Assembly: GCA_965204795.1 (NCBI GenBank)
Contig: OZ242012.1
Span: forward strand, 1,683,639 to 1,747,638
Direction: 5' to 3'
From: Thermodesulfobacteriota bacterium
GTDB taxonomy: Bacteria; Desulfobacterota_D; UBA1144; Nemesobacterales; Nemesobacteraceae
DNA: 64,000 bases
Shown here: positions 30,609 through 39,420 of the stretch, piece by piece
Layout: the number at the start of each line of letters is the position of its first letter
How positions within the stretch are numbered: position 1 is the first letter of the stretch
Position numbers and translations under genes: made by a program
Notes under the pieces: model-generated
Databases searched by the model: none
Told to the model about the DNA's origin: nothing
What the model saw: only the letters and a program-made list of their open reading frames with translations

Positions 30609-31358
30609 TCAGCTCCCGGCGTCCTCGAAACCCGCGTAGCCCTTTTCCTCGAGCTCCAGGGCGAGTTCCTTTCCGCCGGAGCGGACGATCTTTCCGTCCA
30701 CCATCACGTGGACGAAGTCGGGAACTATGTAGTTCAGAAGCCTCTGGTAGTGCGTTATCACGATGAACGACCGCCTGCCGTCCCTCATGGAGTTCACCCC
30801 GTCGGCCACTATCCTGAGGGCGTCTATGTCCAGGCCCGAGTCCGTTTCGTCGAGCACCGCCAGCGCGGGGTCGAGTATCTGCATCTGGAATATCTCGTTT
30901 CGCTTCTTCTCCCCGCCGGAGAATCCCGCGTTGACCGATCTCTTGAGAAGGTCCTCGTCTATGCCGAGGGCGTTCATCTTCTCCCTGGCGAGCCTGGCGA
31001 ACTCGACGTGCTTGAGCGGCTTTTCGCCCATGTACTCCCTCTTGGCGTTCAGAGCCTCGCGAAGCAGGTAGGTGTTTGCCACGCCCGGTATCTCGACCGG
31101 GTACTGGAAGGCCAGGAATATCCCCTCGCACGCCCTCTCCTCGGGCTCCAGGTCCAGGAGGTCCTTGTCGCGGAAGGCGACTTCGCCTTCGGTGACCTCG
31201 TAGGTCTCCCTTCCGGCCAGAACCTGGGAAAGGGTGCTTTTTCCCGAGCCGTTGGGACCCATTATGGAGTGCACCTCTCCGGGCCCGACCGCGATGTCGA
31301 GTCCCTTCAGTATTTCCTTTTCGTCCACCCGCGCGTGCAGGTTTCTCACTTGGAGCAT
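30609..31358 (-). CDS. sufC: Fe-S cluster assembly ATPase SufC
   Basis: GPNGSGKSTLS, LSGGEKKRNEI, LAVLDETDSGLD. Confidence 0.95.
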   Translation of the reverse strand: MLQVRNLHARVDEKEILKGLDIAVGPGEVHSIMGPNGSGKSTLSQVLAGRETYEVTEGEVAFRDKDLLDLEPEERACEGIFLAFQYPVEIPGVANTYLLREALNAKREYMGEKPLKHVEFARLAREKMNALGIDEDLLKRSVNAGFSGGEKKRNEIFQMQILDPALAVLDETDSGLDIDALRIVADGVNSMRDGRRSFIVITHYQRLLNYIVPDFVHVMVDGKIVRSGGKELALELEEKGYAGFEDAGS

Positions 31359-31401
31359 TTTCCCCGCCTCCTGAAAACCGGTTTTGTACGAATCGCGCCG
31401 C

Positions 31402-32838
31402 CTAGCCCACGCTGCCCTCTAGGCTCACGCTCAGAAGCTTCTCCGCCTCCACGGCGAACTCGAACGGAAGCTCCCGGAACACTTCCTTGCAGAAGCCGTT
31501 CACTATGAGCGAGACCGCGTCTTCGGCGGAAAGACCCCGCTGGCGGCAGTAGAACATCTGGTCCTCGCCTATCTTGGAGGTGGAAGCCTCGTGTTCCATG
31601 TGGGCGGTGGAGTTTTTCACCTCTATGTAGGGAAAGGTGTGCGCCCCGCACCGGTCGCCTATCAGCATGGAGTCGCACTGCGTGTAGTTTCTCGCCATCT
31701 CGGCGTTTTTGCCTATCTCCACGAGCCCCCTGTAGACGTTCTGTCCCCGTCCCGCCGATATGCCTTTCGAAATTATGGTGCTGCTGGTGTTTTTCCCGAC
31801 GTGGACCATCTTGGTGCCGGTGTCGGCCTGCTGCATCCTGTTGGTGAGAGCCACGGAGTAGAACTCGCCGACCGAACCGTCGCCTTCCAGCACGCAGCTC
31901 GGATACTTCCACGTTATGGCGGAACCCGTCTCGACCTGCGTCCAGGAAATCCGCGAGCTCCTGCCCGCGCACCTTCCCCGCTTGGTGACGAAGTTGTATA
32001 TTCCGCCCTTTCCCTCCTTGTCCCCGGGATACCAGTTCTGTATCGTCGAATACTTTATCGTGGCGTCGTCGTGGGCCACAAGCTCCACAACCGCGGCGTG
32101 AAGCTGGCTTTCGTCCCTCCTCGGAGCCGTGCATCCCTCGAGGTAGCTCACAGAGCTTCCTTCTTCGGCGATTATGAGGGTTCTTTCGAACTGTCCGGTG
32201 TTTTCGGCGTTTATGCGGAAATAGGTGGAAAGCTCCATGGGGCACGCGACGCCCCTGGGTACGTAGACGAAGGAGCCGTCGGTGAACACGGCGGAATTTA
32301 GGGCGGCGTAGAAGTTGTCGCCCCGGGGAACGACGCTTCCCAGGTACCTGCGCACCAGGTCGGGATGCTCTTCCACGGCCTCGGAAATGGAGCAGAAGAT
32401 CACTCCTTCCTCGGCGAGCTTCTCCTTGAAGGTGGTGAACACGGAGACGCTGTCGAAAACCGCGTCCACGGCCACCCCCGCCAGCATCTTCTGCTCTTCG
32501 AGCGGAATGCCGAGCTTGTCGTAGGTCTCCTTTATCTCGGGGTCGATCTCGTCGAGGCTCTTCGGCCTGGGGTTGCTTTTCGGAGCGGCGTAGTAGCTTA
32601 TGTCGTTGAAGTCTATTTCCGGGTACCTGATGAAGGCCCATCTGGGCTCCTTCATCTTCTTCCAGCGCTCGTAGGCCCCGAGCCTCCACTCCAGAAGCCA
32701 CTCGGGCTCGTTCTTCTTGGCGGAGATCATGGAGATCACGTCCTCGTCAAGACCCCTCGGAGCTATCTCCTGCTCCACGTCCGTGACGAACCCGTACTTG
32801 TACTCCTCGCGCGCGAGTCTTTCTAGATCGACGCTCAT
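31402..32838 (-). CDS. sufB: Fe-S cluster assembly protein SufB
   Basis: Highly conserved SufB core (GFCKEVF..., ...[15 protein letters not shown]). Confidence 0.95.
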   Translation of the reverse strand: MSVDLERLAREEYKYGFVTDVEQEIAPRGLDEDVISMISAKKNEPEWLLEWRLGAYERWKKMKEPRWAFIRYPEIDFNDISYYAAPKSNPRPKSLDEIDPEIKETYDKLGIPLEEQKMLAGVAVDAVFDSVSVFTTFKEKLAEEGVIFCSISEAVEEHPDLVRRYLGSVVPRGDNFYAALNSAVFTDGSFVYVPRGVACPMELSTYFRINAENTGQFERTLIIAEEGSSVSYLEGCTAPRRDESQLHAAVVELVAHDDATIKYSTIQNWYPGDKEGKGGIYNFVTKRGRCAGRSSRISWTQVETGSAITWKYPSCVLEGDGSVGEFYSVALTNRMQQADTGTKMVHVGKNTSSTIISKGISAGRGQNVYRGLVEIGKNAEMARNYTQCDSMLIGDRCGAHTFPYIEVKNSTAHMEHEASTSKIGEDQMFYCRQRGLSAEDAVSLIVNGFCKEVFRELPFEFAVEAEKLLSVSLEGSVG

Positions 32839-33275
32839 TGCGGGAGGCTCTCCTGCGCGATGTCCCTCGGGCGCGGGGCTTCTTCCACCATGTCCTCTAT
32901 GGTCGTGTCTTCGAGAAGTCTCACCATGGACACCTTGAGCTTGTCCCAGAGGGGAAGCTGGCCGCAGTTTTCGTAAAGGGCGCAGACGCTCTCGTCGTCC
33001 ATGCAGTCTATTATCCTTATCTCTCCCTCTATGGCCTCGTACACTTCCCTGAGATTGAGATCCCCGGGAGACTTGCGGAGCATGTAGCCCCCTTCGGGGC
33101 CGACCTTGGACCTCACTATTCCGCGGTTGACCAGTCTTCTCATTATCTTCGCCAGGTAGTTCTGGGGAATGTGCTGGCTCTCCGATATCTGCTTCATGCT
33201 GAACTTGAGGTCGGGACGTCCTCCCATGTATATGAGGGACCTAACGGCGTAGTCGAGAGTTCTGCTTACCTGCAT
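32835..33275 (-). CDS. Rrf2-family transcriptional regulator (IscR/SufR-like), first gene of the suf operon
   Basis: [18 protein letters not shown] ... [19 protein letters not shown] (wHTH), and a Cys cluster ([17 protein letters not shown]). Start taken at the internal ATG near 33275. Confidence 0.8.
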   Translation of the reverse strand: MQVSRTLDYAVRSLIYMGGRPDLKFSMKQISESQHIPQNYLAKIMRRLVNRGIVRSKVGPEGGYMLRKSPGDLNLREVYEAIEGEIRIIDCMDDESVCALYENCGQLPLWDKLKVSMVRLLEDTTIEDMVEEAPRPRDIAQESLPQ

Positions 33276-33386
33276 GTCTGCGCACCTCGGGGGAAGGGCC
33301 GCTCCGCGCGTCCGCGAACCGGCCCGCCCAGCGGTAATTGTTCCCATTGTCGGGGCAAAGTCAACACTGGACGGACGGCGAGCCGG

Positions 33387-35363
33387 TCACATTCCCGCGG
33401 AACGGAAAAGAAAGACAAGCGCCGCCACGGCCAGAACGCCCCCGACCATCGCCGCCGCGTAGTGCCTGAGAAAGCCCGTCTGAAAGGCGCCCAGCCTGAC
33501 GGAAAGCTTTCTAACGAAGCCGCCCGCGCCGTCCACCGCGCCGTCCACCACCGAGCGGTCGAAATCGGAAAAGATTCCCGAAAGCCGCCTGAACGGGGCG
33601 GAAAACAAAGCCTCGTATATCCCGTCCACGTACCACCCCGCGCGGGACCCGCGGCGAAGCGCGGACATTTTCGCCGGGACGGGGGATTCTCCCGGCCCGC
33701 GCGAGTACGCCGCGGCCGCAGCGAGCATGCCCGCGGCGGCGGCGAGCACGGAGAATCCCGCGAGCGTCCAGTGCCCGAAGCCCGTCGCAAGCTCCCCCGC
33801 GATTTCCGGGCCGTGGGGGGGAATCGAGGAGAAGAGAAATTCCCCGAGAAGACCCGGGCGCAGAGAACCGAAAACCCCTTCCATGAAAGCGGGAACGTTC
33901 AGAAAACCCCCGAAAACGGAAAGCAGGGCCAAAACGACCAGCGGGACGGTCATGGACGGCGGGGATTCGTGCGCGCGGGCCCGCGCCGCGGGGTCCATCC
34001 TGGACTTTCCCTCGAACACCAGAACGTAGAGCCTGGTCATGTAGAACGCCGTGAGAGCCGCGGTGACCACTCCCGCGACCCAGAAAAACCCGCGGTCCCC
34101 GTGGTACAGAGCCGAGAGTATCTCGTCCTTGCTGAAAAAGCCCGAGAAAAGCGGAAAGCCGCAGATCGCGAGCGTTCCCGCGAGAAACGTCGCGGCCGTA
34201 ACGGGCATCGCCCCGCGAAGTCCTCCCATTCTCCTTATGTCCTGCTCTCCCGACGCGGCGTGTATGACGCTTCCCGCCCCGAGGAAGAGAAGGGCCTTGA
34301 AAAACGCGTGGGTCACCAGGTGAAACACAGCGAACGCGTACGCCCCGACCGCCGCCGCCATGAACATGTACCCGAGCTGGCTCACGGTCGAGTAGGCGAG
34401 CACTTTCTTGACGTCGTTCTGCGTCACGGCCACGGTGGCGGCGAAAAACGCCGTGAATGCCGCGGTCGCCAAAACGACGTCCGTCGCGGCGGGACTCATC
34501 GAGAAGATGGCGGCGCAACGGCTCATCATGTACACCCCCGCGGTGACCATGGTCGCCGCGTGTATGAGGGCGCTCACGGCCGTCGGGCCCGCCATCGCGT
34601 CGGGAAGCCAGACGTGGAGCGGAAACTGGGCGGACTTTCCCGCGGCGCCCACGAAGAGCAGAAGCGCCAGCGCCGTCGCCGCGGAAGCGGAAACGCCGGA
34701 GGCGAACGCGGGGTCGGCGAGGAGGGAGAAGACTTCCCGGTAGTCGAGAGAGCCGAACATCGTGAAGACGAGAAAAATCCCGAGAATGAACCCGAGGTCC
34801 CCTATCCTGTTCACGACAAACGCCTTTCTGCCGGCGTAAGCCCGAAAGGAGTCCCGGTGCCAGAAGCCTATGAGAAGATAGGACGCGAGTCCCACTCCCT
34901 CCCATCCGACGAACAGCATGAGGAAGTTGTCGCCCAGCACCAGAACCAGCATGAAGAAGACGAAAAGGTTTAGGTAGGCGAAGTAGCGGGCCAGGCAGCG
35001 GTCGCCGCGCATGTAGCCCACGGAGTAAACGTGTATGAGAAACCCGACCCAGGTGACCACAAGCGCCATCACGGCCGAAAGCGAGTCGAACAGAAAACCG
35101 AAGCCGACTTGGAGGGACCCCGAGACGATCCAGGAGAAAAGCTCCGTCGCGACGGGAGCGCCTCCCGCCGGGTCCTGCGCGAGAAGACCCAGGAAAAGAC
35201 GCGTGGAGACGAGGGCGGAGACGAGAACAGGGACGCACGCCGCCGCCGCCACGACCGCGGGGTCGGGATCTTTTCCCGAAAGCCGCTTCCAGAGACCCGT
35301 GGCGTTCAGAACCCCGTTGAACAAAGCCCCGGCCAGCGGAGCGAGAACTATGAGAGCGAGCAT
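33387..35363 (-). CDS. nuoL: NADH-quinone oxidoreductase subunit L (antiporter-like subunit)
   Basis: LMLFVGWEGVGLASYLLIGFWH and 14+ TM helices. It follows nuoK. Confidence 0.85.
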   Translation of the reverse strand: MLALIVLAPLAGALFNGVLNATGLWKRLSGKDPDPAVVAAAACVPVLVSALVSTRLFLGLLAQDPAGGAPVATELFSWIVSGSLQVGFGFLFDSLSAVMALVVTWVGFLIHVYSVGYMRGDRCLARYFAYLNLFVFFMLVLVLGDNFLMLFVGWEGVGLASYLLIGFWHRDSFRAYAGRKAFVVNRIGDLGFILGIFLVFTMFGSLDYREVFSLLADPAFASGVSASAATALALLLFVGAAGKSAQFPLHVWLPDAMAGPTAVSALIHAATMVTAGVYMMSRCAAIFSMSPAATDVVLATAAFTAFFAATVAVTQNDVKKVLAYSTVSQLGYMFMAAAVGAYAFAVFHLVTHAFFKALLFLGAGSVIHAASGEQDIRRMGGLRGAMPVTAATFLAGTLAICGFPLFSGFFSKDEILSALYHGDRGFFWVAGVVTAALTAFYMTRLYVLVFEGKSRMDPAARARAHESPPSMTVPLVVLALLSVFGGFLNVPAFMEGVFGSLRPGLLGEFLFSSIPPHGPEIAGELATGFGHWTLAGFSVLAAAAGMLAAAAAYSRGPGESPVPAKMSALRRGSRAGWYVDGIYEALFSAPFRRLSGIFSDFDRSVVDGAVDGAGGFVRKLSVRLGAFQTGFLRHYAAAMVGGVLAVAALVFLFRSAGM

Positions 35364-35387
35364 CCGGTCAGACCTCCATAAGCGGCG

Positions 35388-35693
35388 TCAGCCCCTGAGA
35401 ATTTTGAGCAGGTCGACGTCGAGGCTCCGTCTCTGCCTGTAGACCGAAACGACAAACGCGAGCCCGACGGCCACCTCCGCCGCGGCGACCGTAATCGCCA
35501 TAAGGACGAACACGTGCCCCGCCGCGCCTTCGTGGAGCCTCGAGAACGCCACGAAGAGCAGGTTGCAGGAATTGAGCATGAGCTCTAGGCACATGAGCAC
35601 CACGAGTATGTTCTTCCTCGTGAGCACCCCGTAAGCCCCCGTCGCGAAAAGCACCGAGGCCAGGACCGCGTAGTGAGAGACGGTGATTTCCAT
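35388..35693 (-). CDS. nuoK: NADH-quinone oxidoreductase subunit K
   Basis: MEITVSHYAVLASVLFATGAYGVL...LMLNSCNLLFVAFS...AAAEVAVGLA. ATG at 35693. The track ORF 35388..36236 is an artefactual upstream extension overlapping nuoJ. Confidence 0.85.
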   Translation of the reverse strand: MEITVSHYAVLASVLFATGAYGVLTRKNILVVLMCLELMLNSCNLLFVAFSRLHEGAAGHVFVLMAITVAAAEVAVGLAFVVSVYRQRRSLDVDLLKILRG

Positions 35694-35695
35694 GC

Positions 35696-36205
35696 CTACG
35701 CCTTTTTGCTCCCGGCTATCACCAAAACGCCCACCATGGCCGCGACCACCAGAACCGAAGTAAGCTCGAAAGCCAGCAGGTAGTCGCCGAAAAGCGCCCG
35801 TCCCGTCCCGGCCGCCCCGCCGAAATTCTCCGGGTCGGCGAGCTTCGGCGGCGCCTGCGCGTAGCCGGAAAAAAGTCTCGAGGCGAAAAAACCCGCCGCG
35901 GCCATCAGGAGAAAAAGCAGTCCCGCCCTTCTGATCGGACCGGCGCCGTCGAAGCGAAGCTCGCTCTCCCTTATGTTTAGAAACATCACGGTGAACAGGA
36001 AAAGCACCATTATGGCCCCGGCGTACACGAGCACCTGCACGGCGGCGACGAAGTGGGCGCGAAGCAGCACGAAAAGAGCGGCGGTGGAAAAAAGCGTGAG
36101 CACCAGGGAAACGGCGCTGGTCACGGGATTTCTGTGACAGACGACCATCGCGGCCCCGAATACCGCTAGCGTAGAGAAGATGTAGAAGACTGCTGTTTCG
36201 GACAA
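35696..36205 (-). CDS. nuoJ: NADH-quinone oxidoreductase subunit J
   Basis: Five TM helices; LFVLLRAHFVAAVQVLVYAGAIMVLFLF. Confidence 0.8.
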   Translation of the reverse strand: MSETAVFYIFSTLAVFGAAMVVCHRNPVTSAVSLVLTLFSTAALFVLLRAHFVAAVQVLVYAGAIMVLFLFTVMFLNIRESELRFDGAGPIRRAGLLFLLMAAAGFFASRLFSGYAQAPPKLADPENFGGAAGTGRALFGDYLLAFELTSVLVVAAMVGVLVIAGSKKA

Positions 36206-36278
36206 GGCGGCTTTCCCGAAAAGGGTTTACGGACAAATTGTATTTCGTAACGGGCCATCAGTCAAACCCGGGCCGACG

Positions 36279-36947
36279 CTACCTGCTTTTCGAAACTCCC
36301 CTTCTGGGACAGCGCCCGGAAACCGGACAGCGGCTGCAAAACGGGGATACCGGCCTGCACACGCTCTGTCCCAGGGCAACTAGAAGCGAGTTGTACTCTA
36401 TCCAGTATTTCCGGGGAAGCGCGTCGCGAAGGGCCATCTCGGTCTCGAGCGGGCTTTTGGTGTCCACGAATCCCCACCTGTTCGAAATCCTGTGCACGTG
36501 GATGTCGACGCAGATCGCGGGCTTCGAGTACCCGAGGGAGACGACGAGGTTGGCCGTCTTTCTTCCGACGCCGCGGAACCCGAGAAGCTCCTCCACGGTG
36601 TCGGGAACCTCTCCGCCGTATTCGTCCAGAAGTTTTTCGCACATGCCGACTATGTTTTTCGCCTTGACCCTGTAGAAGCCGACCGGATATATGAGCTCCC
36701 TCACCCTTTTCTCTCCGAGCCCGAGAATGCCGGCCGGGGTGTCCGCCTCCGCGAAAAGCCTTCGGGAAGCTTCGGCGGTGGTCTCGTCCTTGGTACGGAG
36801 ACTGAGCACCGTGGACACGAGCACCCTGAAAGGACTTCTGGACGTTACGGCGGTGAGGGTCACCACGGGAACGTCCCACTTCTCCGCTTCCTTTCTCAGC
36901 GCGGAGAGAACCCTTCCGATGTTCTTTCTTTCTATTCTCGCGGTCAT
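36279..36947 (-). CDS. nth: endonuclease III
   Basis: HhH-GPD (LLGFRGVGRKTANLVVS) and the 4Fe-4S Cys cluster C..C..C...C (CRPVSPFCSRCPVSGRC). Confidence 0.9.
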   Translation of the reverse strand: MTARIERKNIGRVLSALRKEAEKWDVPVVTLTAVTSRSPFRVLVSTVLSLRTKDETTAEASRRLFAEADTPAGILGLGEKRVRELIYPVGFYRVKAKNIVGMCEKLLDEYGGEVPDTVEELLGFRGVGRKTANLVVSLGYSKPAICVDIHVHRISNRWGFVDTKSPLETEMALRDALPRKYWIEYNSLLVALGQSVCRPVSPFCSRCPVSGRCPRRGVSKSR

Positions 36948-36972
36948 CGAAGCGGAACCCGAAACGGTCTCC

Positions 36973-37722
36973 TCACTGTACGCTCGACCCCCCTGAAGCG
37001 CCCGCGCACTTGCCCGCTATGTCCTCCCACTTGCGGAAAAACACCTTGAGATCGAGCTCCGCGCCTCCGAAATCCGACGCCGCCACGAGGTCCAGTATCC
37101 TCGCGACCTCCGTCACGCTGTTTTCGTTCTTGAGGGTGTAGGGATGGATGTGGTTGCAGATGTCTCCGTAGTTGAGCACAAGACAGCTCCGCGCGGCGAA
37201 CTGCACAAGCCATCTGTCAAGGTCGCGGAGGCTTCCGTCCAGGTTGGCGAGAAAGCCCTCGAGAGGATTTCCGGGACTCGACGACGCGGTTTCCCCGATT
37301 TTTTCCCGCGCGGCCGCGAGCTTTTCCTTCGAGCGGTCAAGCTGGGAATTGTAGTGAATGGAGTTGAACCCCCAGTGCGTGTAGAAATCATTTCTTCCGT
37401 CCTCGGAAAAAAGAAGGAACCACTCGAACGGAATGACGTTCTCCGAAGAAAAGCAGTTAAGCGAGCCGGAGGTAGGGGCGACCAGGTACCCGCCGTCTTC
37501 GTCCTTCATGAAAAGGCAGTCGGGTATGTCCTCGTGGGCAAGGCCCAAGTGGTCCGAGAGAGCCTGGCGGAACGCGCCGTACTCGTTTCCGAACCATATT
37601 CCGAAAGGGGAAGTGGGACCGCCCCAGTAGCTTTCGTAGAACTTGAGATACTTTTTCCAGTACTCGGATTTTTCCCCGAAGGAATCAAGAGGCTCGTACA
37701 CGATCAGGGTACTCGAAGGCAT
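36973..37722 (-). CDS. hypothetical protein (249 aa from the internal ATG), divergent from the FG-GAP gene pair
   Basis: Host-like codon usage, Trp/Tyr/Phe-rich, no recognizable motif. The start is an assumption. Confidence 0.45.
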   Translation of the reverse strand: MPSSTLIVYEPLDSFGEKSEYWKKYLKFYESYWGGPTSPFGIWFGNEYGAFRQALSDHLGLAHEDIPDCLFMKDEDGGYLVAPTSGSLNCFSSENVIPFEWFLLFSEDGRNDFYTHWGFNSIHYNSQLDRSKEKLAAAREKIGETASSSPGNPLEGFLANLDGSLRDLDRWLVQFAARSCLVLNYGDICNHIHPYTLKNENSVTEVARILDLVAASDFGGAELDLKVFFRKWEDIAGKCAGASGGSSVQ

Positions 37723-37851
37723 CCTCAATATATAAAGGCACGGGGGCGGAAAAATCAATCCGTTTCGGGCGGCGGCCGTTTTCCGCACTTGCGTCGGGAG
37801 AGACCGAAAAGGTATATTGTTTCAACGCGATTCGACCCCGGCGCGGCGGAA

Positions 37852-39330
37852 ATGAAAAAACGAAATCCCGAAAAGAAAGTCCCGACGGCGTTTCTCGCGG
37901 CCCTGTTCTTCCTGGCGGCGCTCGCGCCCGCGGCGGAACCGCTCGCGTTCGAGCAGGTCCAGAAACTCGTTCCCGAAGACGGAAAAGCCCGGGGCGACTT
38001 CGGCTACAGCGTTTCGCTCTCTGAAGGCGGCGCGATGGTGGGAGCGCTGCGAAACGACGGAAACGAGGAAAGCTCGGGCGCGGCCTACTTCTACGAGAGA
38101 AACCCGGACGGCGAGTGGACGCTCGCGCAGAAACTCGCCCCTTCCGACGGAAGGACCGGCGACGAGTTCGGTTCCTCCGTATCGCTCTCGGGAAACACGG
38201 CGTTGATCGGGGCCCGCAGGGATTCCGGCGCCGGGAACGACGAAGAAGGTTCGGGCTCCGCCGCTTACGTGTACGAGAGAAACCCGGACGGCGTGTGGAC
38301 GCTCGCGCAGAAACTCATGTCGGGAGTCGCGGGCGGGGGAGATTCTTTCGGCGAGAGCGTATCGGTTTGGGGAACGAGGGCGATAGTGGGAGCCGACGAG
38401 GACGACGCGTCCCTGGAACTTCCGGGGGCCGCATACGTGTACGAGAAAAACTCCCGGGGCGAGTGGGTACTGAAAGGCAGGCTCGCGCCCGGCGACGGGC
38501 AGAGCGGCGACCAGTTCGGCCAGAGCGTTTCGATTTCCGGCGACACGGCCGTGGTCGGAGCGGAGCTTAACCGCGGCAACGGGTACTGGTCCGGGGCGGC
38601 GTACGTGTATGAAAGAACCCCCCGGGGCGAGTGGGCATTCAGACAGAAGCTCGTTCCGGGCAAGGAAGCCGCCTCCCCGACGGACGTGCTCAGAGACCGC
38701 TTCGGCCACAGCGTGTCGGTCTCCAGCAACACGGCCATAGTGGGTTCCTATTTCGATCATTCCGCGTACGTGTACGAAAGAAATCCCGAAGGCGAATGGG
38801 TACTCGTGCAGAAACTCGCGCCCGACGACCCGGACGGCGGATACTACTTCGGATGGAGCGTGGCCGTAGCTGGCGACACGGCCATGGTGGGAGCGCACGA
38901 ATACACCTGGAGAGGGTCGTTTTTCGGACCCAGGGTGGAAGACGCGGAAAGGGGACCGGGGGCGGCGTACGTGTACGAGAGAAACCCGGACGGCGAGTGG
39001 ACGCTTGAGCGCAAACTCGTCGCCTCGGACGCGGAGGCGGCCGACCGCTTCGGATGGAGCGTGGCCGTAGCTGGCGACACGGCCGTGGCGGGCTCGATAT
39101 GGGACGACGACGGCGCGGAGAACTCGGGTTCCGTGTACGTTTTCGAAGCGGCGGACGGCGCGCGGACCGAGAGAGACGGAGGATGCGCGGTTTCCGGCGG
39201 AAGCCGCGGCGGCGATACTCAGGCGGCACTGCTCCTCTTGACGCTGATTCCGCTTTTAGTCCGTCCCGCAAGGCGGGCGGCGACCCGGCCGTCCGGAGGC
39301 GCGAAAACACGCTTCCCGCTTGTGTCCTGA
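37852..39330 (+). CDS. FG-GAP (integrin-alpha-like) repeat surface protein with signal peptide and Cys-containing C-terminal sorting-signal-like tail
   Basis: ATG 37852 (MKKRNPEKKVPTAFLAALFFLAALAPAAEP). Eight or more repeats of FG.SV.(IL)SG.TA.VGA...G.AYV(YF)ER. The C-terminus is GGCAVSGGSRGG-AALLLLTLIPLLV-RPARR. The track ORF 37144..39330 begins far upstream of the true start. Confidence 0.75.
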   Translation: MKKRNPEKKVPTAFLAALFFLAALAPAAEPLAFEQVQKLVPEDGKARGDFGYSVSLSEGGAMVGALRNDGNEESSGAAYFYERNPDGEWTLAQKLAPSDGRTGDEFGSSVSLSGNTALIGARRDSGAGNDEEGSGSAAYVYERNPDGVWTLAQKLMSGVAGGGDSFGESVSVWGTRAIVGADEDDASLELPGAAYVYEKNSRGEWVLKGRLAPGDGQSGDQFGQSVSISGDTAVVGAELNRGNGYWSGAAYVYERTPRGEWAFRQKLVPGKEAASPTDVLRDRFGHSVSVSSNTAIVGSYFDHSAYVYERNPEGEWVLVQKLAPDDPDGGYYFGWSVAVAGDTAMVGAHEYTWRGSFFGPRVEDAERGPGAAYVYERNPDGEWTLERKLVASDAEAADRFGWSVAVAGDTAVAGSIWDDDGAENSGSVYVFEAADGARTERDGGCAVSGGSRGGDTQAALLLLTLIPLLVRPARRAATRPSGGAKTRFPLVS

Positions 39331-39420
39331 AGCCCGAACGGGTACGCTTGACCGTTAACGGCAAGGGGTGTGCGGGAAACGTTTCAGATTCCGGCCGGAC
39401 GCGGCCGAGGAGGTTTTTCC

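Noticed and set aside
32838-35238. 711-aa + ORF and 575-aa minus ORF overlapping nuoL and Rrf2
   Set aside because: His/Arg/Gly-rich junk. nuoL in the third frame has the expected 14+ TM helices and conserved motifs.
35388-36236. Track ORF of 282 aa reported for the nuoK locus
   Set aside because: Only the last 101 aa (from ATG 35693) are NuoK. The upstream 180 aa are Arg-rich read-through overlapping nuoJ, which is in another frame.
37144-37851. Upstream 236 codons of the track ORF 37144..39330
   Set aside because: They have no protein-like composition and run antisense to the 36973..37722 gene. The FG-GAP protein starts at the ATG 37852 with a signal peptide.
37822-38898. 358-aa minus ORF inside the first FG-GAP gene (also + ORFs 38115..38570, 38631..39008)
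   Set aside because: These are repeat-driven shadow ORFs (Arg/Gly/Val-rich) created by the periodic FG-GAP repeats. The + strand frame with signal peptide and repeats is the real one.
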